From contig CBDCAS010000022.1 in NCBI GenBank assembly GCA_965214015.1, positions 274,175-298,174 on the forward strand: 24,000 nucleotides of DNA. The letters run 5' to 3'. A program made the translations under genes and the position numbers. Position 1 is the first letter of the stretch. Every line of letters begins with the position of its first letter. Origin of the DNA: Coxiellaceae bacterium (GTDB lineage Bacteria > Pseudomonadota > Gammaproteobacteria > Coxiellales > Coxiellaceae). The notes under the pieces are model-generated. The model was not told where the DNA came from. It worked only from the letters and a program-made list of their open reading frames with translations, and ran no database searches. Below, in pieces: positions 22,501 to 24,000 of the stretch.

Positions 22501-24000
22501 TGACTTCAATGACAATCGTTTGGATGATATTCCAGTGGTTATTTTTGATGCCAAGCAATATATCAAGCTCAGAACCTTCTGAATCTATTTTTAATAAATC
22601 AATTTGTTTGATATAGTGCTTCTCAATTTGATCTGATAATGTTTCGACATTACATTCAATAGATTTAGATTTTAATTTATAATTGACAATATCATTTTTT
22701 AAATGATTGTTATCAATATTTAGCGAAGACTTCAATAAATATTTCTGTTCGTCAGTATAGTTATATAATGTTGACATCGATGTTACATTTTCGAAATATG
22801 TAAATCGTTTTGTGCCAGATCTATTTGATAAACCTACAGTATTGATAGTGAGGTTAAGACTATATAGATTTTTATTAGTGTTAATACACTCGCAAAGTGG
22901 CGCAAAAGGTTCATAAGCATATATCTTTGCTTTGCTATTCATCAAGCCAACAAATAAGGAAAATAGCCCTATATTTGCACCCACATCAAAAATAACAGAA
23001 TCATCACTAATTTCTGTTTTACATCTCAAATAATCTTGATTAATGAAAATTTCTTTGTATAAAGAAAGTGTTTCGCTTGGATTTATATCAGAGACTAGTA
23101 AACCATTAGGTAATTTTGTTTTATGGGTAAAATCACTATTTTGTAGGCTCATAAGGTTGAGTATTGGCCTTGCTAAAGTATGGCTTGGGACAACAAATAC
23201 AATCAGTGATTTTTGAGAATCATTTTCATCATCAACATATATAGCTATATCATCAATATATTCAGAGGTAGCCAATATTGATTCTATCTCCTTCAACTCT
23301 ATACGGTAACCTCTAATCTTTACCTGTGAATCATTGCGACCAATATATGACACTAAAGAATTATTATCTTTAATCGCAATATCACCTGTTTTATAAAATG
23401 ATTTATCAGTGTAATTTGTTAATCTTAAAAATTGATCTTCAGTGAATTTTTTGTTGTTGATATATCCTTGTGCTACACAGTTTCCATAAATATATATTTC
23501 TCCAAAAAATCCAGGTGGAACTTCTAATTTTCTTTCATCTAAAAGTAGTATTGAATTACCATATAGTGGTTTCCCAATTGGTGTGCCAATTCTATTTTCA
23601 CGTATCACGTACTCATCAAGAAACTGGTAAGTGACATGTATCGTTCCTTCGGTAATACCATACATGTTAACTAAATATGGAATTTGAGAAGAAAAGTAAT
23701 TAAACCAATTTAGAATTACTTGATTATTAATTGCTTCACCACCAAAAATTATATACCGAAGCGGTAGCACTTTCTCATACCGCTGTTTAATAGCCTGCTG
23801 TGAGAAAATGCTAAATGCTGTTGGTGTTTGATTAAGTATGGTAATATTTTTGTCGATTATTAGCTGGTATAAATGATCAGGTGATTGAATGGTGATTTTA
23901 CTTGGGATAACTAGCTTAGAACCATGTAGTAATGCTCCAAAAATTTCCCAGATTGAAAAGTCAAAAGAGTATGAATGATATAGTAGCCAGCAATCATTGG
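19535..24000 (-). CDS. Hybrid NRPS-PKS megasynthase, 5'-truncated by the window edge. Visible domain order: A(interrupted by methyltransferase)-T-KS-T-TE.
   Basis: The ORF-track start at 23770 is only the first in-frame start codon. I translated the frame upstream and it stays open to position 24000 (..NDCWLLYHSYSFDFSIWEIFGALLHGSKLVIPSKITIQSPDHLYQLIIDKNITILNQTPTAFSIFSQQAIKQRYEK-VLPLRY..). That stretch is A-domain sequence. Domain motifs are listed in the sub-features below. Confidence 0.95.
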   Translation of the reverse strand, partial: NDCWLLYHSYSFDFSIWEIFGALLHGSKLVIPSKITIQSPDHLYQLIIDKNITILNQTPTAFSIFSQQAIKQRYEKVLPLRYIIFGGEAINNQVILNWFNYFSSQIPYLVNMYGITEGTIHVTYQFLDEYVIRENRIGTPIGKPLYGNSILLLDERKLEVPPGFFGEIYIYGNCVAQGYINNKKFTEDQFLRLTNYTDKSFYKTGDIAIKDNNSLVSYIGRNDSQVKIRGYRIELKEIESILATSEYIDDIAIYVDDENDSQKSLIVFVVPSHTLARPILNLMSLQNSDFTHKTKLPNGLLVSDINPSETLSLYKEIFINQDYLRCKTEISDDSVIFDVGANIGLFSLFVGLMNSKAKIYAYEPFAPLCECINTNKNLYSLNLTINTVGLSNRSGTKRFTYFENVTSMSTLYNYTDEQKYLLKSSLNIDNNHLKNDIVNYKLKSKSIECNVETLSDQIEKHYIKQIDLLKIDSEGSELDILLGIKNNHWNIIQTIVIEVNNVDSRLTPIKELLTIKGYNLHCYKIDSLTETNLFIVFASRKSINQINKLPILQLPMADETDLIRALKNFASMKLPIYMLPSRFEIIAKLPKTTNGKIDFKNLKSYLDSKAKKKQKNIKKWPVNTDINIIRHIWEKLLKHETSELDDNFFEIGGNSILAVQLAAELSAALQKSISVIDIFNYPSIEKLNHYLHNPSQVNTDEITKLSRNTSDNQTVAIIGMAGKFPDADNISYFWQNLLDGKNCLTNFNTSVSLSKYDESFIPIAGVLNNPYIFDAKFFKISPSEAKYIDPQQRMLLEICYACLLNANIETTIKNQNIGVFASIDSSQYKKLIHENNLPWQVKRNLQYGNSRDFIATRIAYKLGLNGPAVTVSTACSSSLTACTQAINSLKNNECEIAIVCAASMVLEEYLPGYYFEPDGIMSNDGKCCPFDENSSGTVPGSAVVAIALKKHEAAIQDGDSIVATIQSYSINNDGNDKVGYIAPSISGQSNCLKNIYQNFNTESLKFIETHGTGTKIGDAVELKALSESITNSNGNITYLGASKANIGHTGAAAGLCGLIKTALVLNQKIIPPQINFKKWNPLCHEFSEKFIINARIVNLSKDVLYAGVSSFGIGGTNVHVLLKSEKTASNFREKHDSTAIFQNTEKYFFESNNQTNNVNIEHKKNKPLENINNNSQTHILISGMQHLEIIKDILNIIAKDLDMDSVNLSDNFFNLDGDSLIALGIITQIHIRYNILISIDDFYKSNNFEELIAILLKKDNRNLPTYNILKKDGQNILVLIHSGSGSSYQYNFFSELYLPNTRIISVENQVLNDINSDINSIEDMAQYYINMLKDHLTNEITLCGWSFGGNVAYEMALQLQKSGIFVNQIIMLDSWAKYPKKYNVFRLFKNIWYKKLDKSYIFEDELWKKMLWMRLKMLINYQPQISNHHIKLYKANAVDLEMVVENNATNFWGEITNTVEVINVNAKHQNIISMMQDNNMFEELFNK
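19538..20188 (-). other. Type I thioesterase (TE) domain
   Basis: It has 'LVLIHSGSGSSYQY', the nucleophile 'LCGWSFGG', 'IIMLDSW' (Asp) and 'NAKHQNI' (His). It is the terminal domain before the stop at 19535-19537. Confidence 0.85.
20225..20458 (-). other. Carrier domain T2 (ACP-like)
   Basis: It has 'DNFFNLDGDSLIALGI'. It lies only about 60-90 Asn-rich residues after the end of the KS. Confidence 0.8.
20630..21862 (-). other. Ketosynthase (KS) domain with an intact Cys-His-His triad
   Basis: It has 'VAIIGMAGKFPDA', 'DPQQRMLLE', 'TVSTACSSSL' (Cys codon at 21374-21376), 'ETHGTGTKIGD' and 'SKANIGHTGAAAG'. Confidence 0.9.
21926..22138 (-). other. Carrier domain T1 (PCP)
   Basis: It has 'DDNFFEIGGNSILAVQL'. 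The phosphopantetheine Ser codon is at 22034-22036. Confidence 0.85.
22181..22375 (-). other. C-terminal A-domain subdomain (motifs A9-A10)
   Basis: 'LPIYMLPS' (A9) and 'NGKIDFKNL' (A10, with the invariant Lys) follow the methyltransferase insert. Confidence 0.85.
22376..23128 (-). other. FkbM-family (Methyltransf_21-like) methyltransferase domain inserted between A8 and A9
   Basis: It contains 'NPSETLSLYKEIFINQDY', 'VIFDVGANIGLFSLF', 'KIYAYEPFAPL', 'RFTYFENVTSMSTL' and 'IDLLKIDSEGSELDIL'. The DVGANiG and KiD.EG.E signatures are how I remember FkbM-family methyltransferases. Confidence 0.75.
23129..24000 (-). other. NRPS adenylation domain, core part (motifs A4-A8 visible)
   Basis: The motifs are 'FDFSIWE' (A4), 'NMYGITEGT' (A5), 'GEIYIYGNCVAQGYIN' (A6), 'YKTGD' (A7) and 'GRNDSQVKIRGYRIELKEIE' (A8). 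Confidence 0.9.

Noticed and set aside
1-24000. Search for CRISPR arrays, rRNA, IS elements with terminal inverted repeats, retron-like or tandem-repeat arrays
   Set aside because: Reading both strands, I saw no regularly spaced direct repeats, no transposase-like ORF and no reverse transcriptase. The 8-mer GCTAGCAT recurs three times (10-17, 8084-8091, 15345-15352). That is too short and too infrequent to be meaningful.

Overview
This window is an AT-leaning gammaproteobacterial chromosome. I judge it Legionellales-like from gene content and order, which is inference only. Positions 1-7972 are conserved housekeeping core: a partial minus-strand gene with DnaA-box-like sites upstream, then rppH-ptsP, ileS-lspA-ispH and a tRNA-Lys(UUU). 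Everything after the tRNA is mosaic accessory DNA with sharp composition changes. Single-line hand counts give 30/60 G+C at 2581-2640 (core), 11/60 at 10861-10920, 34/60 at 13381-13440 (integrase) and 15/60 at 20401-20460 (NRPS-PKS). The accessory part has four blocks. (i) A 39-aa basic ORF lies divergent from an XRE-HTH/ImmA-metallopeptidase pair. (ii) A decayed 5' remnant of a type I R-M hsdM gene abuts a very AT-rich 507-aa gene. I recognise that gene as TIGR04141/DUF6119-like, with a C-terminal PD-(D/E)xK-like motif. It is a candidate uncharacterised defence gene and is followed by two tiny ORFs. (iii) A 0.66 kb ORF-free, hairpin-dense spacer precedes a tyrosine recombinase and an excisionase-like HTH gene. 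(iv) An AT-rich secondary-metabolite cluster holds an SDR, two S33-type alpha/beta hydrolases (one possibly split), a small HTH, a SAM methyltransferase and a YhhQ/VUT-type transporter. Its main gene is a hybrid NRPS-PKS that runs off the right edge. That gene's adenylation domain is interrupted by an FkbM-type methyltransferase, carries a Thr-like specificity code, and is followed by T-KS-T-TE with no acyltransferase domain. I recognised no CRISPR array, rRNA or IS transposase, and found no convincing att direct repeat.
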